From Octopus vulgaris (taxonomy: Eukaryota): DNA of 64,000 nt. Below the pieces are notes generated by a model. The model was not told the origin of the DNA and did no database searches. It saw only the letters and a program-made list of their open reading frames with translations. Position 1 is the stretch's first letter, and every line of letters starts with the position of its first letter. The position numbers and the translations under genes are program-made. Where the stretch lies: contig OX597824.1 of the NCBI GenBank assembly GCA_951406725.2, positions 68,696,001 to 68,760,000 of the forward strand, written 5' to 3'. Below are positions 25,551 through 40,567 of the stretch, in pieces.

Positions 25551-25703
25551 ACATAAAGGCCGTGCTGCGTTGATGAGGTTGATTGACCAAGGGAAAAGGA
25601 CCAGTATTGATCGGTGATTGGTCTCCTGAGACTGATAAGGGATATAACTCTTGCTCCATAGCAGATTGAAGTGACATGATGGCAATCCTTTACCCAAGCT
25701 GCC

Positions 25704-25782
<79 letters not shown>

Positions 25783-25901
25783 GGCTTGTACACTGACATT
25801 GTATGTGTTTATCGCCCTATCTCTGCATATATATATAATATATATATAATATATATATGTAAGTATATATGTATATATATATGTATATATATATATATGT
25901 A

Positions 25902-25958
<57 letters not shown>

Positions 25959-25975
25959 CTATATATATATGTATG

Positions 25976-26052
<77 letters not shown>

Positions 26053-26446
26053 GAGCTTACTTATAGACTGATACATAGTTACATAGATTCATAGATGCAT
26101 GCACACATAAATACACACACAGACATACATATATCTACATATGTATATGTATACACACACATATATATGCATACATATACATACATATAAATACATACAC
26201 ACATACACACATACATACACAAATACATACATCAAAAAGAGGAAGAGTGATAGGGAGAGAGAAAGAAACAGACGGGAATATAGATTAGACAGACAGAAAG
26301 ACAGACAGAATCCGACACACAGACAGATAAGTAGGGTGGTAGATAGCTTTATACTCATGAAGGAAGACGAAGAAATGTATACCATACACATGGGTGCATG
26401 GATAATATCCATACATAAAAATACACAGATAAGTATGTATACACAT

Positions 26447-26614
26447 AGGCGCAGGAGTGGCTGTGTGGTAAGAAGATTGCTTCCCAACCACATCGTTTCG
26501 AGTTCAGTCCTACTGCGTGGTACGTTGGGCAAGTTTTTTTGTACTATAGCCTCGGGTCGACCAAAGCCTTGTGAGTGGATTCGGAAGACGGAAACTGAAA
26601 GAAGCCTGTCGCAT

Positions 26615-26646
<32 letters not shown>

Positions 26647-26803
26647 TTGTGTGCTTGTCCCCCCTGCCGTCGTTTGACAACCGATGATGGTGTGTTTACC
26701 TCAGTTAGGCAAAAGAATAAGTCCTGAGGTCGCTTTGTTCGTCTAAAGTCGATGCTCCAGCAATGTCGCAGTCAAAATACCTGAAACAATTTAAAGAATG
26801 AAA
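26447..26803 (+). mobile_element. SINE family A
   Basis: Head, (TA)n, partly deleted right arm and diverged tail. Confidence 0.85.
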
Positions 26804-26914
26804 GGATATCCTTCCATCTATCTGTCTGTCTATCTATCTATCTATTTATCTATTTATCTATCTATCTATATATCGATCTATCTATCTACTACGGTTTTAT
26901 TCCCTTTCTTTCAC

Positions 26915-27237
26915 TCTTTTACTTGTTTCAGTCATATGACTGCGGCCTTATTGGAGCATCACCTTAAAGGGTGTTAGTTGAAGAAATCGAGCCCAGGATT
27001 CATTCCTTGTAAGCCTAGTAGCTAGTCTATCGGTCTCTTTTACCGAACCGCTAAGTTACAGGGACATAAACTCACTACGACGAACTTCTTCCAGTTTCCG
27101 TCTATCAAATCTACAAGACTTTGGTCGGCCCGAGGCTATAGTAGAAGGTGTCACACAAGGTGTCACACAGTGGGACTGAACCAGTAACCGTGTGGCTGAG
27201 AAGCATGCTTCTTACCACACATCCACGCCAGCGCCTA
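26915..27237 (-). mobile_element. SINE family A lacking the internal microsatellite
   Basis: Tail and head blocks joined directly at ~27075. Confidence 0.85.
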
Positions 27238-27257
27238 TACATTTTCTTTCAGTATCA

Positions 27258-27317
<60 letters not shown>

Positions 27318-27516
27318 CCTTTGTATGCATGTATGTGTATATACATACATTTATGAATGTACATATACATATATATGTGCATGCGTGTGTGTGTGTGTGA
27401 GTGTGTGCGTTTGTGTGTTTGTGTGTATGTATGTATATATGTATAATTAATAAGTTTGAAAAGAGAGATTCAATAGATATAATTAACATTGCCTACAATT
27501 GTTTCACTTTGTACTT

Positions 27517-27856
27517 CCACCAAGGTAACACCAACGTCCTCTCAACGATTAGCCGGAAATAATTTTTAAAATGAGAATATCTGAAATAAACTCGACTGCT
27601 CTCACAAACAAGAATGCTAAAAATGAACTCGACCGCTCTCAAAAATTAAGTAAAAAAGAAAGGAAAGATAATCCCGAATCCTTGCGCGGCACCGGATCGA
27701 TCCCCGAATCTAATCCATTCGTGCCGGTTACGAGGCCAAATATATCTGAAAATTTCATCTGAATCCATCGAGCGGTTCTTGAGATATCTTGTCCACGGAC
27801 AAACAAACAAACACGACTGAAAACAATACCTCCGCCTTCGCTAAGGTGGAGGTAAT
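27517..27856 (+). mobile_element. Helentron-associated non-autonomous element (HINE/DINE-like)
   Basis: AAATTTCAT..AATCCA..CGGTTCTTGAGATAT core, (ACAA)n microsatellite, 3' hairpin TACCTCCGCCTT-CGCT-AAGGTGGAGGTA (27827-27854); absent from the paralogous inverted copy at 28131-28325. Confidence 0.7.
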
Positions 27857-28083
27857 AATAGAAATTTGTATTTTGAGTACCCTGGGTGAAGATCTTCAGG
27901 GCGCAATGGACATTACAGAATTTATATTTTGATCTGCTGAAAGACACTTACCCAATGTGCCACGTAGTGCGACTGAACCTGGAATCCTGTGATTGGGAAG
28001 CAAGCTTCTAACCACAAAGCCACGCGTGCGCTTGTACATTTTCTTTCAGTATCAGTCTTCCTTCCTTCCTTTCTCTCTTTCTT

Positions 28084-28125
<42 letters not shown>

Positions 28126-28444
28126 TTCTATTTCAACTGATCAAAAGGTAAACTGTGTAATGTCCATTTTGCCGTGAAGATCTTCCACGCAGAGCAGTCA
28201 AAATGCAAACTTATATATGTTTTGTAATTCAAATTGGGTACGAAGTGAAACAATTGTAGGCAATGTTAATTAATTAATAAATTAACTTATATCAATTAAA
28301 TCTCTTCATTTTCAAACTTATTAATGACATTTGATGTTTTACGATATAATTATTGAAGAAATATCTCTTCAAAATATGATATATTAAACCAGGATGTCTT
28401 GGATAAACCTATCCTTATAAGAGGTTTAAATATCCTCATAGTGA

Positions 28445-28492
<48 letters not shown>

Positions 28493-28514
28493 ACACACAT
28501 ATATATATATATAT

Positions 28515-28558
<44 letters not shown>

Positions 28559-28983
28559 ATAGATAGATAGATAGATACATACATACATACATACATACAT
28601 ACATACATACATACATACATACATACATACATACACACACAATTATATGTGAAAAGAGACGGGGAGAGAATGAAGATAGGCTCACATGTGAATGCAAAGA
28701 TAGATTTTAATAACTTACTCTCTTTACATTGAAACAACTTTTTCTGTCGATATTGTTTATATATGTAAATTAATCTTTAAATGGATAGAAAAAGAGAGAT
28801 CAATCCGACCAGTTTCGGTTGCTTTTGAAATAATCTCACAAGGTCGATAGTGTAGTTGTTTTTGTTGCTGTGCTTGTTGTTGTTGTTGTTGTTGTTGCTA
28901 TTGTTTTTTTTGTTACAGTTGTTATTTAGCTTCAGGTGACTCCATCATCATTCCTTGATCATCAACAGCATACTGATGACAGA

Positions 28984-29019
<36 letters not shown>

Positions 29020-29302
29020 ACGAAGAAGGCGGAGGAGGGAGAGAAAGAGAGAAGCGTGATGATGTTGATTATGATAATGGACACGGCAACGACAGTGAGA
29101 ACGATACAGACAATGACGACGATGACGATGACGACAACGATGACGATAATGATGATGATGATGATAATGATGATGGCGGTAATGAGAACGATGAGATGAC
29201 AATGATGATTATGCAGCTACCACCACCACCAACAACACCACCGCCCCTCCGGCCCCTCCTCCTCCTCCCCATCTGCCTCGTCCTCGCCACCGGAACTTAC
29301 GT

Positions 29303-29693
29303 AGCCGCCGCCGCTACCGCCGCCGCCGCCGCTACCGCCGCCGCCGCCGCCGCCGCTACCGCCGCCGCCGCCGCTACCGCCGCCGCCGCCGCCGCCACCG
29401 CCGCCGCCACCGCCGCCGCCGCCGCCGCTACCGCCGCCGCCGCCGCTACCGCCGCCGCCGCCGCTACCGCCGCCGCCGCCGCTACCGCCGCCGCCGCCGC
29501 CGCCGCTACCGCCGCCGCCGCCGCCGCCACTACCACCACCCATCGCCGCCGCCGCTACCGCTACCGCCGCCGCTACCGCTGCCGCCGCCGCTACCGCTGC
29601 CGCCGCTTCTGTCGCCACTGCCGCCGCTTCTGTCGCCACTGCCACCGCTGCCGCCGCCTCTGTCGCCGCTCCCACCGCCGCTCCCACCGCCGC
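29303..29693. repeat. (GCC)n tract with GCT-ACC interruptions
   Basis: Direct reading; ~390 bp, very CpG-rich. Confidence 0.95.
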
Positions 29694-30353
29694 TGACACT
29701 GACGCTGCCGCTGGCGTTACCACTGCTGCCACCATCACCTCCACTACCACTACCGCTAGTAATGTTGCAGCCACTGTCAAAGACCACGGAAAGAATGATG
29801 ATGATTACGGCGATGGCGACAATGATGGCAACGATTGTGCAGCCAGCACTACCGTAGTCAGTCATCGACGACGACGACGACGACAATGACGATGATGATG
29901 ATGATGATTACGAAGCTGCTGGAGAGACAATGATGGAGATGATATTGATTGACAAATATGAAAATAAAAAAAATAAAGCCAAAACGAAGAGTAGTAGTAA
30001 GAGGATCAACGATTGCAACAGTAGCAACCTCTTAGAAATCTTTACCGTGCACGTCTGTGGCCGACGTCCGTCGAAGATTGATGTCTTTCTAAGGAGAAGC
30101 TTTCTTTCTTTTTCCTGGTTTTAATGTCAGTTTTAGTAGAGAATAGATGTCTTCCTTATTGCCAATTGATGCACACTTTTGTGCACATCATTGCATTTTA
30201 TCTGCAATTCATTGGCCAATGACGCTTACCGCCAAGGCTGACGCCGCCGCCGTCTCTACCAGCTTTCTGCTTTACTACTCCCTTCTCCGCCAACCACAGC
30301 CTCTACTATCACAATTACAACAACAACTACTAATACTGCTGTGAATGATGTTA

Positions 30354-30665
30354 ATCCTTTCTGCTATAAGCACAAGGCCTGAAATTTTGAGGGGGAGAGG
30401 GGGCTTGTCGATTGTACGAGAGGATGCAAAGGAAAAGAAGACCTCGGCGGAATTTGAACTCAGAACGTAGCGGCAGACGAAATACCTATTTCTATTTCTT
30501 TACTACCCACAAGAGCCTAAACATAGAGAGGACAAACAAGGAAAGACAAACGGATTAAGTCGATTACATTGACCCAGGGCGTAACCGGTACTTAATTTAA
30601 CGGCAGACGAAATACGGCTACGCATTTCGCCCGGCGTGCTAACGATTCTGCCAGCTTGCTGCCTT
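30354..30665 (-). mobile_element. SINE family B, deleted dimer
   Basis: Head at 30665, tail 2, junction GAAATACCTATTTC at ~30480, second unit ending in tail 1. Confidence 0.85.
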
Positions 30666-30784
30666 GTTGCTGTCCGCTCTCAACAGAATCAACCAAAGCA
30701 AGTAAGATCGAGAGCTCTGAGAAATAAAATAATAATGATGATGATGAGGATGGTGATGATGATGACGACAACAACAACGACGAC

Positions 30785-30831
<47 letters not shown>

Positions 30832-30919
30832 CAACGAAGATTTCTTCTGTCGATCACAAGGATACAAGAATTTGAGGACAATAGAAGGATGAAAACAGAT
30901 GTGTAAGGTGGCACAAGCC

Positions 30920-31200
30920 CCAAATCGGTAACACATAGAAACTGAGCGGAAACGTGCAGGACGGGTTTCGCTCCCTGTGCGCATCTCGGAAAGTTCGGCT
31001 CTTTGTATCTCCGTGTTTCCAGACTATGTCTCGAAAAAGTAAGGCGGCTCCTATCTCTCACTTCTACATGACTCACCTTAAGTTCTCCTTAATCTCCAAC
31101 CTGAAAGTTCTTCAGAAGAGGCAACTTAGATTGCTCTTGTCAATACCCAAAGTCAATTCAAGGCTATCGTCGTTCATACCCACAACAAACCCCCTATATC
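30920..31200 (-). pseudogene. Tx1/L1-like LINE ORF2 C-terminal fragment
   Basis: Minus-strand remnants YRGFVVG..., GAALLFRDIVWKHG, FPRCAQGAKPVLH resemble the LPVRD...CPRC...ET..H zinc-knuckle region; heavily decayed. Confidence 0.5.
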
Positions 31201-31865
31201 AGGATCTCTGAACTGGGGTCCATATGGCCCTTGGTTGTTGTTGTTGTTGGTGGGTCTTTATAAGATTTGGATGCTAAAATGTGTGAGCAATAAGTTGCTT
31301 AAACGTCTACAAAACAAAATATTTAATTTTTTTATACACTTCCACTTATGACTTTTCCCAATCATGGTTGGCCGTAGGTGGTTCCTTGCCCAGTCGGCAT
31401 GGAGGAAGCTTACATCCACTGGAATGAGAAGAAAGGAGTGAAGGGTGGCCGTGCTCAGAATGGGAGAAGCAGCTGAAAGAGCTTCTTGTTGGTATTGGAG
31501 TGAGTGAGAGAGAGAGAGAGGAGTTAAGCTGGAAGCCAGGAATAGATGAGGAGCAGTGAGTTCGCCACCTCTGATGACCCACCAACGGGAGGAGTTACGG
31601 TTCAGGGTCGAAACTCCCGATGAATGCTGGGTACCCCCTGGTGACATCAGTTTCTCCTGACCAAAGCTCCATTCATTTTGGTGAATGGCGAAAAACACCT
31701 CCTTCAATGTGTCATTAGCATTTTTAAAAATCCAAATCCTAATAATATTATATTTGTAAAAATATGTTTCCTTAAACATCAAATGGCTATGAGGGTTCAT
31801 TTGAGTACATTAGGAATCAAAGAAGTCCATAGATAAAAAGTGGTTGTAAAACTCTGCTCAATATA

Positions 31866-32082
31866 TCTTTCTTTACTACCCACAAGGGGTTAAACATAGA
31901 GGGGACAAACAAGGACAGACAAAGGGATTAAGTCGATTACATCGACCCCAGTACGAAACTGGTACTTTATTTATCGACCCCAAAAGTCGACCTCGGCGAC
32001 TTTTGAACTCAGAACGTATCGACAGACGAAATACCGCAAAGCATTTCACCCGGCGCGTTAACGCTTCTGCCAGCTCGCCGCC
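31866..32082 (-). mobile_element. SINE family B monomer, tail 2
   Basis: Reverse complement of 19051-19283 with a small core deletion. Confidence 0.9.
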
Positions 32083-32746
32083 CTTTGCTCAATATAATGT
32101 GTTGTCCAGCTAGTAACCTGGCATCAGTTCCTAGCAACGTTCTTGATACCAAATGACCAACCTCGAAATAAATGTGACCCACGATTGTAACTCGGTCAAA
32201 AAACACAAGAAACGAACGGATGTATTACATGCAGGGTGCCCAATACTAGTCCCCCGTTATGAATTGTCGCCAAAATATTTTGATATACTCTAATAGGTGA
32301 CTTCTGATCAAGATTCCAGTCTTTCTTTCTGTGGTGTGTTTCAGGTACACCCCTACAATTAGTTTAATTCACGTAGATGTATACCAAAAGCCTTGGCCTT
32401 TGTCGAGTATTGCGCACTCTTAGTAATTAAATATCTGTATGAGATGAATTAAAATTGTACTGTATAGGTTCATGTGTGTGTATATAAGAAGTGTGCGTCC
32501 ATCTATATACACATATATATGTGTACATATACATACGTGGATGTGTGTGTGTGTGTGTGTGTGTGCGTGCGTGTGTGTGTGTAAAAGGCAAACATATTTG
32601 AATCCGTTATATGTACAGATAAATGTATACAAAGATTTGTATACCTGAATAAACAGATGCACACATTTATTTAAACATATTTATACAAATACATATGCAT
32701 ACACACACACACATATATGTACACACACAAATAGATATATGCACAC

Positions 32747-32856
<110 letters not shown>

Positions 32857-33216
32857 TTACCTGTCTGTCTGTTTATCTATCTATCTATACATACATACAC
32901 ACATACATATATAAATGCACACACACACACACGCACATATATATGATTATACGAATACATATTCACATCATCTATTCAACAATGTACTTATATATTTTTG
33001 AATCTATTTATATATGTATACGCAAACACACATATGTATCTGTATGCATACACGAACAAAAATAAACACACCTATATATACATACATACACACATACATA
33101 CATACATCTACATATATGTGTGTATATGTGTGAGTGCGTGTGTATGTATTTATGATATATTTATATCTATATATAAATATTCATGTAATACACACACACA
33201 TATATACATAGGCAAA

Positions 33217-33290
<74 letters not shown>

Positions 33291-33794
33291 CCAATCTATC
33301 TATCTGTACACACGTGCGCGCACACACACACATACACACGCACAAATATATATGTATATAAACACATACACAAACAAACAATTCAACTAAAGATGTTACA
33401 TTATATAGGCTAATGTGTCGTCTTTCTCATTTATGTTTTCTAAAACGTTTAGTAAGAATAAAGGAAAAAACAAAACAGAAAAAAAACTATTGTATGTGAT
33501 CAAATAATGTCTTTGATTTTTAGTCCACGCACCAACTCCTCCATTTTCCCTCCAAACATGTATGAATATTTACGAAACTATTGACCGTTCATAAAATCTT
33601 TTATTTTCACTTAACAATTCATAGCTTCTGTCGTTTGTTTTTAGATTAAAAAAAGAATTATGAATATTAATGAGTCTTGAGACCGATTTGTTAAGTGAAT
33701 GTCTTGCCAAGTATTATTGCCGTATTACTATCCATATTTTGTCAACGAGGTATTAATACTGTGTGCTTACGAAAAGTAGGCTAAGGGAAGTAAC

Positions 33795-34500
33795 TCAAAA
33801 TGGGTAACGGCATGAATTTATATACTTCAGGTAGGTCACGGAAGGCAGAAAGGTGAAGTGGATGTTAGAATTGTAGGAGCTGGTAAAGTAATTCGCCAGT
33901 TCCAGCATTCGATTCTTAGAAGAAGAGGGGTTGGTAAAAAAGCTACTATCTTCAATTCCGTTTACATGCCTATTTTCTTCTATGAGGTCAACTTTGCCTT
34001 TCATCCTTTCGGGGTCGATAAATTAAGTACCAGTTACGCACTGGGGTCTGTCTTTGTTTGTCCTCCCTGTTTTTAGCCCCTTGTGGGTAGTAAAGAAATA
34101 GGTTATGAGTGTTGAATAATGATCGAAAGACTATGAACGCGTAGACAAATGGCCGAAACATCTCTTGAATAAACGTTACTCGGCAGGCAGCGTAACACGG
34201 GTCTCATAGACTGCTCTTCAGGTCGAACCGCTACGTCTCCACATTGAGATGTCACGGCTCCGATACAAAGAGCACGTGATCAGAATGTCGCAGGAAAGAG
34301 TCTCTAGATGGATTCTTGAAGCCGAGTTACCGGCAGGAGACCAAAGGTAGACCAAGAACGAAATGGTTGGATAATATTCAGTTTCACTTGGTCACGCTTG
34401 GCAATACAGCAAGAAAAATCCAATGACATTGTTTCTGATAGGACCCTATGGAGGTATCTGAGGAATCTACACCCGCGTTACTCTTAGGAAAAGTGGGCGG
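33795..34500 (+). pseudogene. RTE-clade LINE 3' fragment interrupted by SINE B (33984-34102)
   Basis: AGKVIRQFQHSILRRRGVGKKATIFNSVYMPI, then LQVEPLRLHIEMSRLRYKEHVIRMSQER and GRPRTKWLDNI motifs. Confidence 0.75.
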
Positions 34501-34734
34501 TGGATATGGATGGATGGATGGCATACTCAGTGACGTGCGCAAAACACTGTTTTTAATAAAGTGAACTTTGCCTTCTTAGTTGAAGATAGAAAACTAAGAC
34601 TGTCGTTTATAATCAACAAATTTCAAAGAAAGAGAAATAATTCCAAGAATTTAGGCATCAGTTTCGCAGAAAAAAATATTTTTATACCAAGTGATAAAAT
34701 CTGATCTTTGTTATCGAACACGGTGACAGCCATG

Positions 34735-34765
34735 GACATGTTTCGGTCTTAATAAATCTCATCAG
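34735..34765 (-). ncRNA. Hammerhead core, stem I lost
   Basis: Minus strand CTGATGA-GATT-TATTAA-GACC-GAAA-CATG-TC: intact core, palindrome ACATGT, GUC site; 5' side runs into a (GGT)n tract. Confidence 0.55.
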
Positions 34766-34833
34766 TACACCACCACCCCTACCACCACCACCACCACCAC
34801 CACCACAAACCACCACCACCACCACAACCCCCC

Positions 34834-34898
<65 letters not shown>

Positions 34899-35272
34899 GT
34901 GGTACTGTTGCTGCTGCTACTACTACTACTGCTGCTGCTGCCGCCGCCGTTGTGCTGCTACTACTGCTAAATAATGGCATACATAATATACATTGTATAC
35001 AACGTACGTGAACGATGTAGTCCTCCCGTTACAGAAAACCTCAAAACAGAAGCCGGCAAAATATAGGCAGAAGCAAGTTACTAAGAACAATGGTCAGACG
35101 GTAGGTTATTATGGAGCAAAATATGCTACTGTTCGATCGCTTTAATATGACGATTTAGTCATGCTGAAATAAAATAAAAAAAAAACATGAAATAAAATCA
35201 ATTCAATTAATCTTTCTTTTTCATTTCCATGATTAAGTTTTCAAAGCTTTTTCTTCTTTTTGTCTATATATA

Positions 35273-36769
35273 TACTGAACTACAAAAGAAACGTCGCACT
35301 ATGAAAGATTATTTGTTTCATACACGATATTGAGATTATATGGATTTTATCATTTCTAGGCAATTTGACATCAGGAGAAGTCAGTGACCTACAACACCGC
35401 TCTCTTTTGAAAACACAAGGATTGCATGTAGGGTTCGAACATACTATTCGTGAACATGGTAGTGCTCGCAAACGCATCTTTATGAAAGATATGGTGCACG
35501 TGCAAAACTTTGACTCACTGGGGATAAAAGGCACCCACATTTACCATCCTGTCATTCGTTTTCTGAACGGAGCAAGCATGCTAAGACTGATACGAAATCA
35601 GAGGGAGCAAGCCATCGGACGGCTCCAAGCTAGTCAACGTCCATAGGTCATTGCTAATGACTTGAACTGCAGTATTCGGACAATTGAGTAACTGAGGGAA
35701 CGATACAATGGCTCAAACAGCAAGGATGATCGTCCATGCAGTGGCCGACCGAGGGTTACAACGGTACATCAAGATTGCCCCCTGTACCAATATCACTTGC
35801 AGGACCTATTCTGGAGGGCAACGGAATCAGCTAGGCGGACGATAGGAACTCATTACAGACCCATTTGTGCAGAGACAGTTCACCACCGGCTGAGATCTTT
35901 CAATCTATCTTGTCGACGTCAGGTTAGGGGCCCCATCCTCAGAGATCGTTAACGACGGACACGTCTGCAGTGAGCTCAAAGACGTGAGAACTGGCGATAT
36001 CAGCAGGGGAGAACTGCAGTCTTCTGTGACGAAAGTCGATATTGCATTTCTGTGGCAGATGGCGGAGCTATGGCTCGGAGAAGGGGTAAAGGTTATGCCG
36101 ATGGTTGTGTGGTGGGGAGGATAGAGCATCATGGTATGGGGCGGGATTGCACTCAATCAGAATCTTTGACCAGTGATCTTCCAAAATATCGGCCAAGAGT
36201 AACCGCTGCTCGCTACATCGACTAAGTGTTGAAGCCTCACATACTTTGCCCATCATCAGAATCACGTGTTCCAACACGACAACGCCCGTGACCATACTGC
36301 CAGGTTGATAACAAACTTCCTTCAACAGCACAACCTCCAGACACTGCCCTGGCCAATACTAAGTCCGGACTTAAACACCATAGAGCACGTGGGATGAAAT
36401 ACAAAGAAGGCTAAATGACATCCGTCCAAAGCCATCAACTGCGGCACAACTCACTGTAATTTTTAACAGAGTGTGGGTTGCTATCCCCATGACCTTCATC
36501 AATCGTTTGGTTCATTCAATGTACAGAAGATACCTGGTGGTAATCAATGATAATGGTGGTCACACGAGATATTGAATTAATCTCTTTGGATCCAGGACAC
36601 TCTGTCATCATGTGACACCATGCGATGTCGAACATGTTTCAGGAAATGATGTTTTATCATTGGGAGAGAACGGTTTCTTAATTAGCACTCTTTACTCAAT
36701 GCTCTGGCAGTCTGTTAATAAACTGGTTTCTATTTAGTATGTGCGCGACGTTTCTTTTGTGGTTCAGTA
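35273..36769 (+). mobile_element. Full-length decayed Tc1-family transposon (~1.5 kb)
   Basis: TIRs TACTGAACTACAAAAGAAACGTCGC / GCGACGTTTCTTTTGTGGTTCAGTA, flanked by (TA)n. Confidence 0.93.
35578..36575 (+). pseudogene. Tc1 DD34E-type transposase pseudogene
   Basis: MLRLIRNQREQAIGRLQA, SGRPRVTT, VFCDESR, FQHDNARDH, WP..SPDLNTIEH, NGGHTRY*; several stops and frameshifts. Confidence 0.92.
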
Positions 36770-36786
36770 TATATATATATGTGTGT

Positions 36787-37034
36787 GGAGGCGCGTGGCT
36801 TAGTGGTTAGGGTGTCAGTATCATGATCGTAAGACTGTGGTTTTGATTCCTAGACCGGGCGACGCGTTGTGTTTTTGAGTAAAACATTTCATTTCACGTT
36901 GCTCCAGACCACTCAGCTGGCAAAAATGAGTAACGCTGCTATGGACTGGCATCCCGTCCAGCTTGGGAACATATACGCCATAGAAACCGGGAAACCGGGC
37001 CCATGAGCTTGGCTAGGCTTTAAAAGGGCGCATT

Positions 37035-37040
<6 letters not shown>
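36787..37040 (+). mobile_element. SINE family C (tRNA head, V-SINE-like 3' part)
   Basis: GGAGGCGCGTGGCTTAGTGGTTAGGG head; ATGGACTGGCATCCCGTCCAG block; second copy at 60229-60485. Confidence 0.88.
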
Positions 37041-37410
<370 letters not shown>

Positions 37411-37613
37411 ATGTATGCGTGTGTATATAGGGGGCAACAGATACACACACAAACACATACACTGAAGTGCTTTCAAATGGCGAACAAACGCCATTTTTCG
37501 TTGTAATCCAAAAATTCTTGATGATGCCACAGCCTCAGCTCTTGTTTGCGAATGATTCACCACGGCATGCCGAGATCCACTCCATCCATCCGAGATCCGC
37601 GTCACCCGAGTAG

Positions 37614-37660
37614 ATGGCAGCTGATGAAACGTTCTCAACAGCGAAATTCGCAACTGTCAT
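37614..37660 (+). ncRNA. Hammerhead ribozyme motif, decayed stem III
   Basis: ATGGCAG-CTGATGA-AACGTTCTCAACAGC-GAAA-TTCGCAA-CTGTCAT: 7-bp stem I and core present, U16.1 missing. Confidence 0.55.
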
Positions 37661-38124
37661 AAGAAGTGATTAAGCATACGCTGCGCTACAGTCAGTTCTT
37701 TCCTTGGCTAAAAAGCACAACTGTCATATACATTAGTATACAGGTATTGATTCCTCAGTAGTTTAAAACTAGTAATGCACGGAAATTCTGAGCACTTTGA
37801 TTCATTCTACAGGTTCAATGTGGGCCATCATTATAAAGTAGTAAATGTCTGGCCGATATTATTTGTTTTAATAATGACAACTTGCATGTTTTATACAAAC
37901 AACAATAAACAATTGTAAAATGGTGTCCGTTAGATTTCCAACACTTCCAAGTAGTGTAGATATACATTTTACATAAACTGCATGTAAGAATGTATACGTT
38001 CGTTGCGCGTGAATGTGAGTATGTGTGTGCTGTTGTGGGCAGGCGAATATATATACCAACATGTGGGAAATAAAAGCATCGATTAAGTTGTCTCAATGTA
38101 AATGGTATAGTGGCAATAATAAGG

Positions 38125-38655
<531 letters not shown>

Positions 38656-38748
38656 TTCTCCCATTTCCACAATGTTAACGGATGGGGAATATTACAAAGA
38701 AAAGAATTACCAGACAACGAGGCCTTAACATCGAGAGACAGAAAAAAA

Positions 38749-38800
<52 letters not shown>

Positions 38801-38833
38801 GTTGTTGTTGTTGTTGTTGTGGTGGTGGTGTTG

Positions 38834-38919
<86 letters not shown>

Positions 38920-38947
38920 TAAAAAATATTAATAATGATAATAATAA

Positions 38948-39181
38948 TACTGGTTTCAAATTTTGCCACAAGGGCAGCAATTTTTGGGGAGGGGATGAGT
39001 CGATTACATCGACCCCAATGTTCGATTGGTACTTATCTTATCGACCCCGAAATGATGAAACGCAAAATCGACCTCGGCAGAATTTGATCTCAGAAAGTAG
39101 CGACGGGCGAAATGCCGCTAAGTATTTCGTCCAGCATGCTAACGATTCTGCCAGCTGCCCGCCTTAATAATAATGATAATG

Positions 39182-39258
<77 letters not shown>

Positions 39259-39469
39259 CAACAACAATAATAAATCCTTTCTACTATAAGTACAAGGCCT
39301 GAAATTTTGGGGGTGGAGATAATCGATTACATCGTCCCCAGTGCGTAACTGGTACTTATTTTATCGACCTTGAAAGGATGAAAGGCAAAGTCAACCGCAG
39401 CGGAATTTGAACTCAGAACGTAACAGCATTTCGCCCGGCGTGCTAACGATTCTGCCAGCTCGCCGCCTT
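38948..39469 (-). mobile_element. Two SINE family B monomers (tail 1) within (AAT)n
   Basis: Copies 38948-39166 and 39274-39469 separated and flanked by (AAT)n. Confidence 0.9.
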
Positions 39470-39497
39470 AATGATGATAATAATAATAATGATGATG

Positions 39498-39550
<53 letters not shown>

Positions 39551-40103
39551 TTCTTGCCTCAGCCCAGTGACGATTGATGGGGAAGGTTACAAAAGCAAAA
39601 AAATTACTAGACAGCGGGGCTTTAATATCGAACGGGGGGAACTAAATAAATGGAACATAATAATAATAACAACGACAACGACGACGACAATGATGACGAC
39701 GACGACGATTATGATGATGATGATGATGATGATGACATCGACGATTCTGTTATTGCCACAAGGGCGGCGGATATGATACATTAAATGGACACATTAAAAA
39801 CCAGTAGGGGTTTACATCAAGTATGTAGAGGAGTAATAATAAATTGTCAGATTAGTAGGCTTCTGGTCCTAAAAAACACAAAACGAAACAAAAAGAAAAA
39901 CAGCTTCCATTCTACTTCAAACAGCTACAAATGAAAATAAATATGTTAAGAAATAAATAAATAAATAAATAAATACAAGCCATGCCGCACAAACATTTGT
40001 ATTATTTGAAACTACTGAACTCCTAAGAAGAGCAAGCACTTTCTCTCTGAAGCCATCAGACTTTATTGAAAAATGACATTATTATTATTATTATTATTAT
40101 TAC

Positions 40104-40511
<408 letters not shown>

Positions 40512-40534
40512 ACTTTATTGAAAAATGACATTAC

Positions 40535-40566
<32 letters not shown>

Positions 40567-40567
<1 letters not shown>

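Noticed and set aside
25133-25573. Gly/Asp-rich ORF resembling a biomineral or structural protein
   Set aside because: Built from single-codon GGT and GAT runs, no ATG start or signal peptide; same pattern in other non-coding tracts.
29196-29696. Poly-Ala/Arg-rich ORF of 166 aa
   Set aside because: Arises from (GCC)n; open in several frames on both strands, no domain or splice support.
31550-31640. CTGATGA...GAAAC hammerhead or HDV-like ribozyme candidate
   Set aside because: No stem III palindrome or stem I for a hammerhead, and P1/P1.1 of an HDV fold could not be built by eye.
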